A DNA stretch of 64,000 bases from Cytophagales bacterium (GCA_019456305.1 VRUD01000013.1:1594-65593); one strand, 5' to 3'; shown: positions 42,743-52,510, counted from the stretch's first letter. Translations and numbers: made by a program. Notes: generated from the letters alone by a model not told the origin.

Positions 42743-44563
42743 TTAAAACTTAATTAGTTTTTGAATATCTAACCTTCCTTCTCTTATTAATCGGAAAAAA
42801 TAAATTCCTTTATTCACACCTGTTTTTGAAGCATCTATAAAGTATCTGTATTTACCACGCTCTTGTTTTTCCTCAACCACCGTATAAACCTTTTGCCCAA
42901 AGATATTATAAATTTCCAATGATACAAAACCTGAAGCATTCAGGGTATATTGAACCTGTACTTTATCGGAAAAAGGATTGGGATAAACGATTAGAGATTG
43001 ATGATTATAAATTACAGATTGATCAATACCTGTCGTAGTATCTTCTACCTTGATGATCGTAAAGTTATCAAAAACTACTGCGTTTGTATCAATGAAATAT
43101 GCATTCAACGTGTCCCCGGTTATCTCAAGCGCCATTGAACCGAGAATATAATCACCTGTAAACATTACAGGGTGGTCTAATTGCCCATCGCCTGCAAAGT
43201 TCCCTTTTTTAGCCGAGCTTCCAACAACAGCATAAACTGTTCCGTAATTGGCATTCGGGCCGGTAGTATACTTTATATATGGTGTACCATCTAACAGACT
43301 GCCGCTTGATGAATCAAGCAGCATGGTTGCAGTATCAAATGTATTGGAAAATCCATAATGGCCGCGTATCAGGTAGGAACGTTCGTAGTTATGACTATGC
43401 CCGCACAATACCAGATCAACACCATGATCTTCAAGGACCGGAAGAATGCTGTCACGCATGGCTTTCATAAAAAACTCAAATCCTGCAGGAGTATTTGGAT
43501 AAACATTATCAGAATTGTGAGTGCCTTTTGAATAGGGAGTTTGATGCCAATAAGCAATGATCCATGGCTGATTTGTATTGGCAAGATCATTTTTAAGCCA
43601 GGAGATCATATCTGCACGGGCAGTAAAATCTATGTTGCCTGGCCAAAACACACCATTCCACTTTGCACTTTCTGAGTTCAGTGATAAAAAATGTACATTT
43701 CCATAATCAAATGAATAATACTCTTCTATTCCGCTGGAACTACCACCTGCTTCTCCACTGACAGGCATGGTAAAAATATCATAATAAACTCCTGTATGGG
43801 GTGTTGTAGTTGTATCAACGCTTGAATAGTCGTGATTGCCCGGACTGGGCCAAAGCACTGTCTTTGCAAATATCTCCGGATACATATCAAAAACATTTGT
43901 CTGATATTCTAATTCTGTTCCTGTGTCATAAGCATTATCTCCAAGCCATAGCCATACATCAGTATGCTGATTTCCCATATAGCTCTTATAAGCATCGCGT
44001 ACAGCTCTTTGACCATTATTGCCTTCTCCAAAATCACCGATTGCCCACACCCTGACCGGCTGTACAGTACCCGGTAAAGGGGATGTTTGAAAATATTGCA
44101 TACTATCCGGTCCTGTCAAAATAGAATCGCTTGTTGCAATTGCGTAGTAATAACGGGTGTTTGGTGATAGACCTGTGATCTTTACTTCGTGTTCGGTGGT
44201 AAGCGCAGCACTGTCAATGATTGACATTCCTGCAGTATCAGGCTGCAAACCATAATAAACCCTGCTGTTTACCGGAGTAAGTGAATCTGTTCTCCAGCGA
44301 ACCACCATGCTATTGGGTGTACCAACTTGTAAATAGGGGCCTCTTCTGACTGATATGTTTTGGGCTTTTGAAAAAGTTGGCAGTAGGCAGTTGACAGTTG
44401 GCAATAGGCAGTAAACAGCAAGGAGTAGGCAGATCCCCCGGGTACTTGGGTAAATCTTAGCGGAGTTTATCCCGACACAGTCAGGGCTCCGATAGGTAAT
44501 AGGCAATATTGCAACTTTTGTTCTGCACATGATGTGCAGGATTATTTTTTTGATTTTTTTCAT
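42743..44563 (-). CDS. calcineurin-like metallophosphoesterase (purple-acid-phosphatase-like) with a T9SS type A CTD
   Basis: It has the motifs GDFG, GDNAYD, GNHD and GHSHNYER, and the C-terminus is VYPNPFSDKVQVQYTL...GIYFFRLI. The N-terminal ~90 codons are built from repeat sequences, so the start is uncertain. Confidence 0.75.
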   Translation of the reverse strand: MKKIKKIILHIMCRTKVAILPITYRSPDCVGINSAKIYPSTRGICLLLAVYCLLPTVNCLLPTFSKAQNISVRRGPYLQVGTPNSMVVRWRTDSLTPVNSRVYYGLQPDTAGMSIIDSAALTTEHEVKITGLSPNTRYYYAIATSDSILTGPDSMQYFQTSPLPGTVQPVRVWAIGDFGEGNNGQRAVRDAYKSYMGNQHTDVWLWLGDNAYDTGTELEYQTNVFDMYPEIFAKTVLWPSPGNHDYSSVDTTTTPHTGVYYDIFTMPVSGEAGGSSSGIEEYYSFDYGNVHFLSLNSESAKWNGVFWPGNIDFTARADMISWLKNDLANTNQPWIIAYWHQTPYSKGTHNSDNVYPNTPAGFEFFMKAMRDSILPVLEDHGVDLVLCGHSHNYERSYLIRGHYGFSNTFDTATMLLDSSSGSLLDGTPYIKYTTGPNANYGTVYAVVGSSAKKGNFAGDGQLDHPVMFTGDYILGSMALEITGDTLNAYFIDTNAVVFDNFTIIKVEDTTTGIDQSVIYNHQSLIVYPNPFSDKVQVQYTLNASGFVSLEIYNIFGQKVYTVVEEKQERGKYRYFIDASKTGVNKGIYFFRLIREGRLDIQKLIKF

Positions 44564-44670
44564 TTGTAAATAATTTGTTTTTTGAAGTTCAAATAAAAAC
44601 AAACAAAGATAAGTAATAAAATTTTATTAATACAAAATTTTATTATTTTTGCAATTAAAATAAAACTACC

Positions 44671-45033
44671 ATGGAACCTACAATAACTTATGTAACATTG
44701 ATAGCAGGATTAGTTACCATTACCTGGTTTATTAGGGATGTGAGGAAACAAAACAGTAAATCGCTTAAATCAATTGACCAAACTCAAATGAAGCAAAGTG
44801 AAATATTGCTGAAAATAGAGGAAGGGCAAAGAAAGGGTTTTGAAGTATTAGCAAAAATTCTTGAAAGAGTAGAAAAAAGCAGTGAAGCAACAGCCAGGAT
44901 CCTTGAAAGAATAGAAAAAAGCAGTGAAGCAACAGCCGAGACCCTTGAAAGAATTCAAAAAAGCAGTGAAGCAACAGTAAAAAGCAGTGAAACACAAACA
45001 AAGATTCTCGATAAAATACTGGCAAAAGCTTAG
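44671..45033 (+). CDS. membrane-anchored coiled-coil protein with three 42-bp tandem repeats
   Basis: It has an N-terminal TM helix. The units ILERVEKSSEATAR / ILERIEKSSEATAE / TLERIQKSSEATVK lie at nt 44857-44982. Confidence 0.5.
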   Translation: MEPTITYVTLIAGLVTITWFIRDVRKQNSKSLKSIDQTQMKQSEILLKIEEGQRKGFEVLAKILERVEKSSEATARILERIEKSSEATAETLERIQKSSEATVKSSETQTKILDKILAKA

Positions 45034-45052
45034 AAAATTAACAATATAATCA

Positions 45053-45205
45053 TGAGTCCACTCTAAAAAGTCTTTTTTGCCACAAAAGCACAAAAACACA
45101 AAATCCCACTAAAAATTAACTAATTGATTTTCAGGGTTTTGTGGGATTTAGTGCTTTGGTGTTTTAGTGGCATTTTTATTTTTTGGACTTATTAGAGTGG
45201 ACTCA
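45053..45205 (+). mobile_element. 153-bp MITE-like element, copy 3
   Basis: It has the same terminal inverted repeats. The track start of the downstream ORF at 45167 lies inside it. Confidence 0.7.
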
Positions 45206-45211
45206 ATCATT

Positions 45212-48115
45212 ATGACTAAAATAAGAATTTTATCAGTAATTCTAATATTCACATTATTTCAAAGTGTTAATGCTCAAATTAAAATTTCGGGCAAGGTTTT
45301 AGATAATAGAAACAAGGAAGCCCTGGTTGGCACCAACATTGTGATCAAAGGAACAACCACAGGCACCACCACTAATTTTAATGGAGCATTTGAACTTGAA
45401 GTTGACTCATTGCCGGTAACATTACAAATCTCATTCATAGGTTATGTGAAAAAGGATTTGCGGGTAACCAATGCTGCTAAAGCCTTGAACATCTCGATGG
45501 AAGGTTTAGCGTTTACAGGGCAGGAAGTTGTGGTAACAGCTTCCAGGGTGGAAGAGACCATTATGGAATCTCCTGTTTCAATTCAAAAAATCAACGCCAG
45601 GGAGATCCAGGGTGCAGCATCAGGGGATTTTTACCAGGATATCGGCAATTTGCAAGGAGTGGATGTTGCTACGGCCAGTATGGGTTTTAAAGTTATAAAT
45701 ACAAGGGGGTTCAATACTACTTTTAACACCCGTTCCGTACAGTTTATAGATGGTATGGACAACCAGGCGCCAGGCCTCCAGGTCTCCGTTGGCAATCTTG
45801 TGGGCGCTTCTGAATTAGACCTTGAAAGTGTAGAGTTAATATCCGGTCCTGCTTCAGCATTATATGGTCCAAACGCTATGCAGGGAGTAGTCAGCATGAC
45901 CACAAAAAACCCATTTGATTATACCGGATTAGACGTTTTGGTAAAAGGCGGGACAAGAAACCTTTTTGACGGGCAATTTCGATATGCCCAGGTTTTAGAT
46001 ACCTCTTTAATTCCTTCTTTACCATCTTTTTTAAACAACAAACTTGCTTTTAAATTTACCGGCTCTTATATGCAGGCAGATGATTGGGAAGCTATTGACA
46101 CTGCTGCAAACAGGTATGGAGATGAATTTCTTGGAGGCGATGATCCGTTAGAAGTAGATCTCAGCAGTATCGTAGCTCAAGCACAATATGATACACTAAA
46201 CTTTACACCGGATGAAATAGATGACTGGATCGCTTTAAATAATTTTCTTGGTTTCAATCGCGGCCTTTTCCCCGGGAAAATAAATATCCCATCAGCGCCT
46301 GGATATATGGAATCAGACCTTGCTGATTATTCCACTAAAAGTATAAAAGCCGGAGCAAGCCTTCACTATAAATTTAACGATAGTCTCAAAATATCCTACG
46401 ATTATAAATTCGGACTTGGAACAGCAATTTTCCAGGCTACCAACAGGTTCAGTATCAAAAATATACAATTCCAGCAGCACAAATTAGAGCTAACCGGTAA
46501 AAACTTTTTCGTAAGAGGATACACAACGCTGGAAAATGCAGGCGATGCTTACGATATTGTATTTACAGGAATTTTCTTATCAAAGAAATCAATTGAGGAT
46601 CTTTATGTTCCTGACTATTTAAGTGAATATTTTGATATTTTAGATACGCTAACCAATGGATTCGAAAGCAGTGACGACGGCAATTGGTGGAGTGAAGACA
46701 GACAGGCAATCATTGACAGCGCTCATTCTGCTGCTGTAAGTGCGGCTGCAAATTCATGGTATCAACCCGGTACGGCTCAATTTGATTCTGTTTATAATGC
46801 AACAATCAATATTCCTACCCGAAAAAAAGATGGCTCTAAATTTGTTGACGCCTCCTCTCTGCAGCATTTCGAAGCGCAATATGACTTTACTGAAATGCTT
46901 GGTAACAAATTAAATCTTGGATTATCCAGTATTATTGCAGGCGCTTCGTTCAGAAGATACAACCCTCATTCTTTTGGGACAATCTTTTCAGACACATTGA
47001 TCAATCGCTCCGATGCTTTGGAAAGTGGAGATATTGACATCAATTCAGAATACGTAGATATTTCCACATGGGAATATGGAGCTTATACTCAAATCTCAAA
47101 ACGCTTCTTAGACAACAAATTAAAAATAACCGGCTCCATCCGTTTTGATGATCACAAGAATTATGATCCGCAGCTTTCCCCCAGGGCATCAGCCGTTTAC
47201 ACGTACAAGGATAATAATTTCCGGGTTGCCGTCCAATCAGCTTTTCGAGCTCCTACATTACAGAACCAATACTTGTATATAGACCTTGGTGCACTATTTC
47301 TGGAAGGTAACCTGAACGGTTCAACTAATTATACACGAGGATCTGTTGATGCATTCAATGATATGTTTGATATTACAAAAGTCTCTCTTAATCAGTGGGT
47401 ATATAATCTTGATCATATAGATTCAATAAGTAAAGCAACGCTAAAGATCATAACACTTGCCCCCCTGCAACCCGAACATGTTAACTCTTTAGAAATCGGT
47501 TACAGGAGTATTTTTAATAATGATCTATACGTTGATATGACTGTATATTACAGCATTTATTCTAATTTTATAGGCAACAGAAGAGTAATAAGGCCTTTGT
47601 TTTCCGGGACAGGTGTTCCAACAGGCGAAGATAGCATTAATGCTATTATTGCAGGTACCTCCAAACTGTATCAGATACCGGTCAATGCAAAAGAAGATAT
47701 AACAACTTATGGCGGTTCAATTGGTATATCGTATTTTTTTGGCAGGGGACTGACGGCTAAGCTCAATTATACCTATGCTTTTATGGATACATCAAATCTT
47801 GGCGAATTCATTCCCGGTTTTAATACACCGAAAAATAAGTTTAATGTCGGCTTACAGGGAACCAGCATTTATAAAGGATTGGGATTTTCTGTTAATTATA
47901 AATGGATAGAAGGTTTCAGTTGGGAAAGTTCATTTGGTGACGGGAACGTACCAACTTACAATTTGTTGGATGTACAGTTAAACTATAATTTTTCCGATCT
48001 ACATTCCATACTTCGGGTTGGCGCATCCAACCTGCTGAAAAATAGCCATATTGAAGCTTTTGGCGCTCCTGCTGTTGGGAGGATAATTTATACTTCGTGG
48101 ACGTTTAGCCTGTAA
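45212..48115 (+). CDS. TonB-dependent receptor (CarboxypepD_reg, plug and beta-barrel)
   Basis: It has a signal peptide and a CarboxypepD_reg-like ISGKVLD...GTNIVIKGTTTGTTTNFNGAFELE segment. A plug follows (ESPVSIQKINAREI) and the terminal strand ends YTSWTFSL. I take the start at MTKIRIL. Confidence 0.85.
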   Translation: MTKIRILSVILIFTLFQSVNAQIKISGKVLDNRNKEALVGTNIVIKGTTTGTTTNFNGAFELEVDSLPVTLQISFIGYVKKDLRVTNAAKALNISMEGLAFTGQEVVVTASRVEETIMESPVSIQKINAREIQGAASGDFYQDIGNLQGVDVATASMGFKVINTRGFNTTFNTRSVQFIDGMDNQAPGLQVSVGNLVGASELDLESVELISGPASALYGPNAMQGVVSMTTKNPFDYTGLDVLVKGGTRNLFDGQFRYAQVLDTSLIPSLPSFLNNKLAFKFTGSYMQADDWEAIDTAANRYGDEFLGGDDPLEVDLSSIVAQAQYDTLNFTPDEIDDWIALNNFLGFNRGLFPGKINIPSAPGYMESDLADYSTKSIKAGASLHYKFNDSLKISYDYKFGLGTAIFQATNRFSIKNIQFQQHKLELTGKNFFVRGYTTLENAGDAYDIVFTGIFLSKKSIEDLYVPDYLSEYFDILDTLTNGFESSDDGNWWSEDRQAIIDSAHSAAVSAAANSWYQPGTAQFDSVYNATINIPTRKKDGSKFVDASSLQHFEAQYDFTEMLGNKLNLGLSSIIAGASFRRYNPHSFGTIFSDTLINRSDALESGDIDINSEYVDISTWEYGAYTQISKRFLDNKLKITGSIRFDDHKNYDPQLSPRASAVYTYKDNNFRVAVQSAFRAPTLQNQYLYIDLGALFLEGNLNGSTNYTRGSVDAFNDMFDITKVSLNQWVYNLDHIDSISKATLKIITLAPLQPEHVNSLEIGYRSIFNNDLYVDMTVYYSIYSNFIGNRRVIRPLFSGTGVPTGEDSINAIIAGTSKLYQIPVNAKEDITTYGGSIGISYFFGRGLTAKLNYTYAFMDTSNLGEFIPGFNTPKNKFNVGLQGTSIYKGLGFSVNYKWIEGFSWESSFGDGNVPTYNLLDVQLNYNFSDLHSILRVGASNLLKNSHIEAFGAPAVGRIIYTSWTFSL

Positions 48116-48145
48116 ATTCGATTTGAAAGTAAATTTTTCATTTTG

Positions 48146-48235
48146 GGGCATCTCTAAAAACTACATATTTTTTAAAACACACCCCTTGCCCCTCTTGATA
48201 GAGGGGAATGTATGGTGTAGTTTTTAGAGATGCCC
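48146..48235. repeat. 90-bp palindromic element with a nested inner hairpin
   Basis: It has 20-bp perfect arms, gggcatctctaaaaactaca / tgtagtttttagagatgccc. The inner hairpin is cccctct-tgat-agagggg at 48189-48206. Confidence 0.8.
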
Positions 48236-48351
48236 TTTGGTATTTATTTAAAGTTGTTTAAAATTCTTTGTTTGTCCTCATTCTCTTTGTTGTTCTTGTG
48301 ATACAGCTCTACAAAAATTTATTATTCCTGGTTTAGTTGTTTTAGTGTGAC

Positions 48352-48820
48352 GGGTTCCGAATGTGGATTTCCGTGATCTCTTATTGTGAGCCCGACTTGG
48401 AGTCGGACTCCCATGGGGTTCGGACTCCCACGCTATCGGAGTCCCACTCCGAGTGGGGCTCCGAATAATGAGGATTTCCGTGGTCTCTTATTGTGAGCCC
48501 GACCGGGAGTCGGACTCCCATATTCCCCAGTACGGTCGTTCCTCCCTACGGGGTAAACCTCACTATGGGGCAGGCTGGGAGTCGGACTCCCACGCTATCG
48601 GAGTCCCGTTCGTTCCCCAGTACGGTCGTTCCTCCCTACAGGGAATTAACGATGCCATCGCTTTATTTAGTTAACGACCAATTAATTATACTGCTGTTGT
48701 TTTAAGCAATGATGTTGTTAAATATATTGGTTTTTAGCGATGGCATCGTTTGTCCGAACCCCATGGGAGTCGGACTCCCATGGGGTTCGGACTCCCACGC
48801 TATCGGAGTCCCACTCCGAG
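48352..48820. repeat. roughly 470-bp pile-up of at least four short repeat families
   Basis: There are two ~57-bp direct units (ccgaat..ggatttccgtg.tctcttattgtgagcccgac..ggagtcggactcccat). ggactcccacgctatcggagtccc occurs three times. The 29-nt ccccagtacggtcgttcctccctacgggg occurs twice. A 33-nt perfect odd palindrome lies at 48756-48788. The inverted repeat aacgatgccatcgct / agcgatggcatcgtt is also present. Confidence 0.85.
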
Positions 48821-51800
48821 CTACATCAACCCTCTCACTCTCGCCAGACTCAGTCCGGTTACTTCTGCTATAAATTGGATATCTGACCCTTTTGCCAGCA
48901 TTTTCCCTGTTATCTCATACCTTTCATCCTTCCTCGCCTTCTTCACGATCGTATTCTCCACCCTCTTAGTGAGCATTTTTACGCTAAAGTCTCGCTGTGT
49001 TTTTACCTTCAGCCTGGCGGTGGCGCGGGCGATGCGCAGGACGAAGCCCTCAAACGGAATGAGCAATGCGCCTATGGACACATTAAGCACGATCTTCAGG
49101 ATAACGATACCGGTGATGTAGGAGGCAAGCGCCTCCTCGGTGTAGTTTTGCGCGTACTCCAGCACTAAGAAGATGAACATATAAGCAAGTACTTTTATGA
49201 GCTTCTGGCGTTTTTCTCCTGTGCCGCGCAGCATTAGTATAATACAGAACAAGCCGAACAACACCCCGCCCTGCAGCGCATAAAACCACCACGTTAACCA
49301 CCAGGGCGGCAGGATGCGAAAGCGGTACTCCCCTATAGCACTCTCATGCCCATACACATTCTTTGCCTTTACCCTGAAGGTGTATTTGCCGGGGTCTAAG
49401 TTGGTGAAGTTGGTTTTGGTTTCTGTGCTCCACGGGCTCCAGTCTTTGGTAGTACCCTCCAGGAAAAAGCTGTACTGCGTTTTCTCTTCCTTTACATAAA
49501 AAGGCGCAGCAAAGCGGAAAGTGAAATTATTCATGTCATAAGGGAGTACGGGCGCCATTGCTGCCGGCTGTTTTTGTACTACACGCGGCGCTGCCGTGCC
49601 GGTATTATAACCAAAGCCGCCATACAGCACCGTATCTCTTATCACACCCGGTTTCCCCCCTTTGGTGGGAGGGCGATGTCCAGTGGACATTGAGCCAGCC
49701 TGTGGGAGGGGGGCTCTCACTTCGGTGACCATGCAGGGGTAGGGATGCTCATAATTCAATACAATCGAAGGATCATACCGCAGTAGCCCGTCATCTCCGC
49801 CTATCCATATTAACCCATCCTGCGCAGGGTAAATGACGCGTGGAACCCCTATATTCATGCTCAAAAAAGGGATGGTATCCACCATGTATGCACCTTGCGG
49901 GGTTAATTTGCAGTGAACGACCTTACTTTTACTTGACATCCACACATCCCCGTTGGGCGCCTGGAAAAAGCTGTATACCGGCCTTCCCGTATCTGCAAAC
50001 ATTGCTCCAAACTGGGTGCAGGGTATGATCCTGTAGCGCTTCCTGTCAGGGGTAGAGACACGGTGCACCGTGTCTCTACCCCCTCCTGGGGCTGCTTCGT
50101 ACAACCCCTTATCAGTACACACCATCACCTCCCAGGTTCCATCAGGAGATTTCCAGGGGAAAACCCCGGTATATCCTTCCGGTACTTCCCTGCCTGCCTG
50201 ATAATGCTCATGCCCGGTCACATTTCCATGCTCATCCACGAGTATCCGGTGCACTCCCTCATAGATTGTGCCTGCCCACACCTCGGTAAGGGTTGTATCG
50301 GAAGGCAGGGGACGGGTAACTATATCATATATTTCTCTTATCTCCTTATTCGAAAGGAGTTGTTTTGACTCCCAGCCTGGGTGACCCTGCCGTTGAGCTA
50401 CTCTGTATAAACCATCCCTGCCGCCTGTAAATATAGCTCCCCTGTGGCTGATGGCAAGGCCTTGACTTTGTGCTTTCAGTATTTTCTCAACAATTACATC
50501 ACTTTCAACTGATTTTCCGACTGCCGACTGTTTACCCCGTAGGGAGAAACGACCGTACTGGGGCCGACTGCCGACTTGTTCACGGGCGGGTTGTATGGAA
50601 TATAAGCCGACATTTCCTGCAAGGATAAACCTGCCGGTTGGAGGATGGTACCGGATGTTCCGACACTGACTTTCAATGCCCGGTACTTTTTGAAACAGGC
50701 TGCCTGTTGCTGCGGAACCGGTCATTTTCGCTTTGCTTTCCCTGCCGCCAGCGCTGTAATAACAGCCCTGTGCTGTGGCAAGCCACACAGCAGCAGCCGG
50801 GGTATTTTCATTCATGATGGCAATGGATTGAATTTTTCCATCTATCCCATCATTGTATCCATACCAGCCAACGGGTGAGGGAAACTCTAACCGGCTGATA
50901 CCGTTGTTAGTGCACAGCCATACAGCGCCCGGGGGCGCTGCTTCCATAGCGCCTGATGCAGCGGGAAGATACAACTGGTTCCATATAAGGTTATCACTCA
51001 GCCCCTCTTTTTTACTTAAATGGAACAGCGGGGTCAAAGCCATGCCGCCTGCCCCGTTGGATCCTTCTTCCATCCAACCTGGGCCGGTCAGCTCCAAACC
51101 AACTATTCCGTCATTTCGTGTTCCTGCCATGTACAGGGGAGGGATGCCGCTGAAAGAGAGCAATGCCGCGTTATAGGGTAATGCAGAAGGGTTGTAGCGC
51201 ACGTATTGTCCGTTCCTGATGAGCAGCCCTCCCGGACCCGCCTGCCATAGGCCTTTGGCCTGTCCGCCAGACAGGCGGGCGGGCAGGTTTTGAAAATCCG
51301 GCAGCTCCGTATCAGCGCCCGTCACCCCGGGGTAAACCTGCCCTGCCGCTTTGTCGTACCGGTAAAAGCCACCGGGCTTCACATACAAAAGCAAGCCGGT
51401 ATAGTTACCGGCAGCCATCGCTTCCCCGGTTGCGTCCGGATAAACCTGCTGTACGGGATGAAGGGCATAAATGCGTCCTTCTTTTACAATGGTTTTGGTA
51501 CCGGGAAGCAGCTCCCATGCTGTTCCGCCTGCCCCGTCCGTAAGATTAGGATCAAAGGTAAGGATGCCCAATCCATCATGCTGGATATAAAGCGATGCCT
51601 CTGTATCTTTCCGGTTTCCCCCGGCATTGCCGGTTGCAGGGGCAGTTCCTCCGGCTTCGACCAGGGCGGGTGCATAAAATGAACTGAAAAACAGGCCGGA
51701 AGTGGTGGTATTTAACTTTTCCGTGTTTTCCTTTTTGGCGCTGCCGGCCTGCCCCGTACCGGAGGCCGGGGGTATTTGTTCCTGCCTGCCTGTTATTTCA

Positions 51801-52354
51801 TTGTAAACCGAGTCAGGCAGGAAAACCTCCATCTTTCCTGTTTCTGGCTGATAGAGGAACAGATGGGAGTATGCATTAAATACAATACCAAACCGGGTGG
51901 CATGGGTCTCCCATACACTGGAGAATTGCCCCGTACCGGAGGCCGGGGGTATTTTGTCTGTCAGCGACACATATTCCAGCGCTCCGGTAATGGTACTTGC
52001 ATTTAATATTTCGTACTTCCCTGTTGGGGCGATATATCCGAACTCACCGCTGCCACCCGCATAAATAATGCCTGAAGCGGTATCTAAGTCCATGCTGACT
52101 ATATAATTCCCGGCTCCCACCGGCACATGGCTCCAGGAGGCGCCATCGTAGATGAATATTTCATCTGCGGTTCCAAAATATGCCCTTCCGGCTTTGTCTG
52201 TTGCGGCACAGAATACCTGGCTGTGTGCTTTGTATTGTTTTGGAGTAAAATTGGTGATGGCCGGTCTATGGGGCAGTTGGGCAGTTGCTTCAAGCGTGCA
52301 TTGAAGGAGCAACACAGCAGTTGCGATAAATCGGATGTAGTTTGATGTTTTCAT
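48821..52354 (-). CDS. periplasmic sensor: two-component-regulator propeller repeats, Y_Y_Y domain and TM segments, with a short atypical C-terminal tail and no kinase domain
   Basis: It has a signal peptide and beta-propeller repeats. A Y_Y_Y-type segment (YSFFLEGTTKDWSPWS...GKYTFRVKAKNVYGHES) is followed by PPWWLTWWFYAL. The tail ends ...GSDIQFIAEVTGLSLARVRGLM. It is GC-rich relative to its neighbours. Confidence 0.75.
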   Translation of the reverse strand: MKTSNYIRFIATAVLLLQCTLEATAQLPHRPAITNFTPKQYKAHSQVFCAATDKAGRAYFGTADEIFIYDGASWSHVPVGAGNYIVSMDLDTASGIIYAGGSGEFGYIAPTGKYEILNASTITGALEYVSLTDKIPPASGTGQFSSVWETHATRFGIVFNAYSHLFLYQPETGKMEVFLPDSVYNEITGRQEQIPPASGTGQAGSAKKENTEKLNTTTSGLFFSSFYAPALVEAGGTAPATGNAGGNRKDTEASLYIQHDGLGILTFDPNLTDGAGGTAWELLPGTKTIVKEGRIYALHPVQQVYPDATGEAMAAGNYTGLLLYVKPGGFYRYDKAAGQVYPGVTGADTELPDFQNLPARLSGGQAKGLWQAGPGGLLIRNGQYVRYNPSALPYNAALLSFSGIPPLYMAGTRNDGIVGLELTGPGWMEEGSNGAGGMALTPLFHLSKKEGLSDNLIWNQLYLPAASGAMEAAPPGAVWLCTNNGISRLEFPSPVGWYGYNDGIDGKIQSIAIMNENTPAAAVWLATAQGCYYSAGGRESKAKMTGSAATGSLFQKVPGIESQCRNIRYHPPTGRFILAGNVGLYSIQPAREQVGSRPQYGRFSLRGKQSAVGKSVESDVIVEKILKAQSQGLAISHRGAIFTGGRDGLYRVAQRQGHPGWESKQLLSNKEIREIYDIVTRPLPSDTTLTEVWAGTIYEGVHRILVDEHGNVTGHEHYQAGREVPEGYTGVFPWKSPDGTWEVMVCTDKGLYEAAPGGGRDTVHRVSTPDRKRYRIIPCTQFGAMFADTGRPVYSFFQAPNGDVWMSSKSKVVHCKLTPQGAYMVDTIPFLSMNIGVPRVIYPAQDGLIWIGGDDGLLRYDPSIVLNYEHPYPCMVTEVRAPLPQAGSMSTGHRPPTKGGKPGVIRDTVLYGGFGYNTGTAAPRVVQKQPAAMAPVLPYDMNNFTFRFAAPFYVKEEKTQYSFFLEGTTKDWSPWSTETKTNFTNLDPGKYTFRVKAKNVYGHESAIGEYRFRILPPWWLTWWFYALQGGVLFGLFCIILMLRGTGEKRQKLIKVLAYMFIFLVLEYAQNYTEEALASYITGIVILKIVLNVSIGALLIPFEGFVLRIARATARLKVKTQRDFSVKMLTKRVENTIVKKARKDERYEITGKMLAKGSDIQFIAEVTGLSLARVRGLM

Positions 52355-52444
52355 GGTTGATAATTGTTAAGATAAAGAACTACAGGAATAAAAGTAAAAA
52401 GTAAAAAGTAAAAATATGGAGGCAGTTTTTTTCATTTTAAGTAA

Positions 52445-52508
52445 TGAGTCCACTCTAATAAGTCTTTTTTGCCACAAAAGCACAAAAACACAAAATCCCA
52501 CTAAAAAG
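52445..52508 (+). mobile_element. left half of the 153-bp MITE-like element (truncated copy 4)
   Basis: tgagtccactctaataagtcttttttgccacaaaagcacaaaaacacaaaatcccactaaaaag abuts a different palindromic element. Confidence 0.6.
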
Positions 52509-52510
52509 AA

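Noticed and set aside
45167-45211. N-terminal extensions of track ORFs at 45167, 53644-53670, 21298-21336, 18116-18157, 27806-27844 and 61533-61568
   Set aside because: The extensions are encoded by repeat elements or precede a much better Met plus signal peptide or conserved N-terminus. I moved the starts downstream.
48352-48820. Possible CRISPR array, given many short repeated units in a non-coding stretch
   Set aside because: The units belong to several different families, are irregularly spaced, are partly inverted and are themselves palindromic. There is no constant repeat alternating with unique spacers, and no cas genes lie nearby.
48453-49121. Track ORFs 48453-48674, 48493-48705 and 48750-49121 as genes
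   Set aside because: The first two are translations of the repeat cluster (PQYGRSSLRG, GSRTP motifs repeated in different frames). The third is mostly antisense to the 3' end of the well-supported sensor gene.
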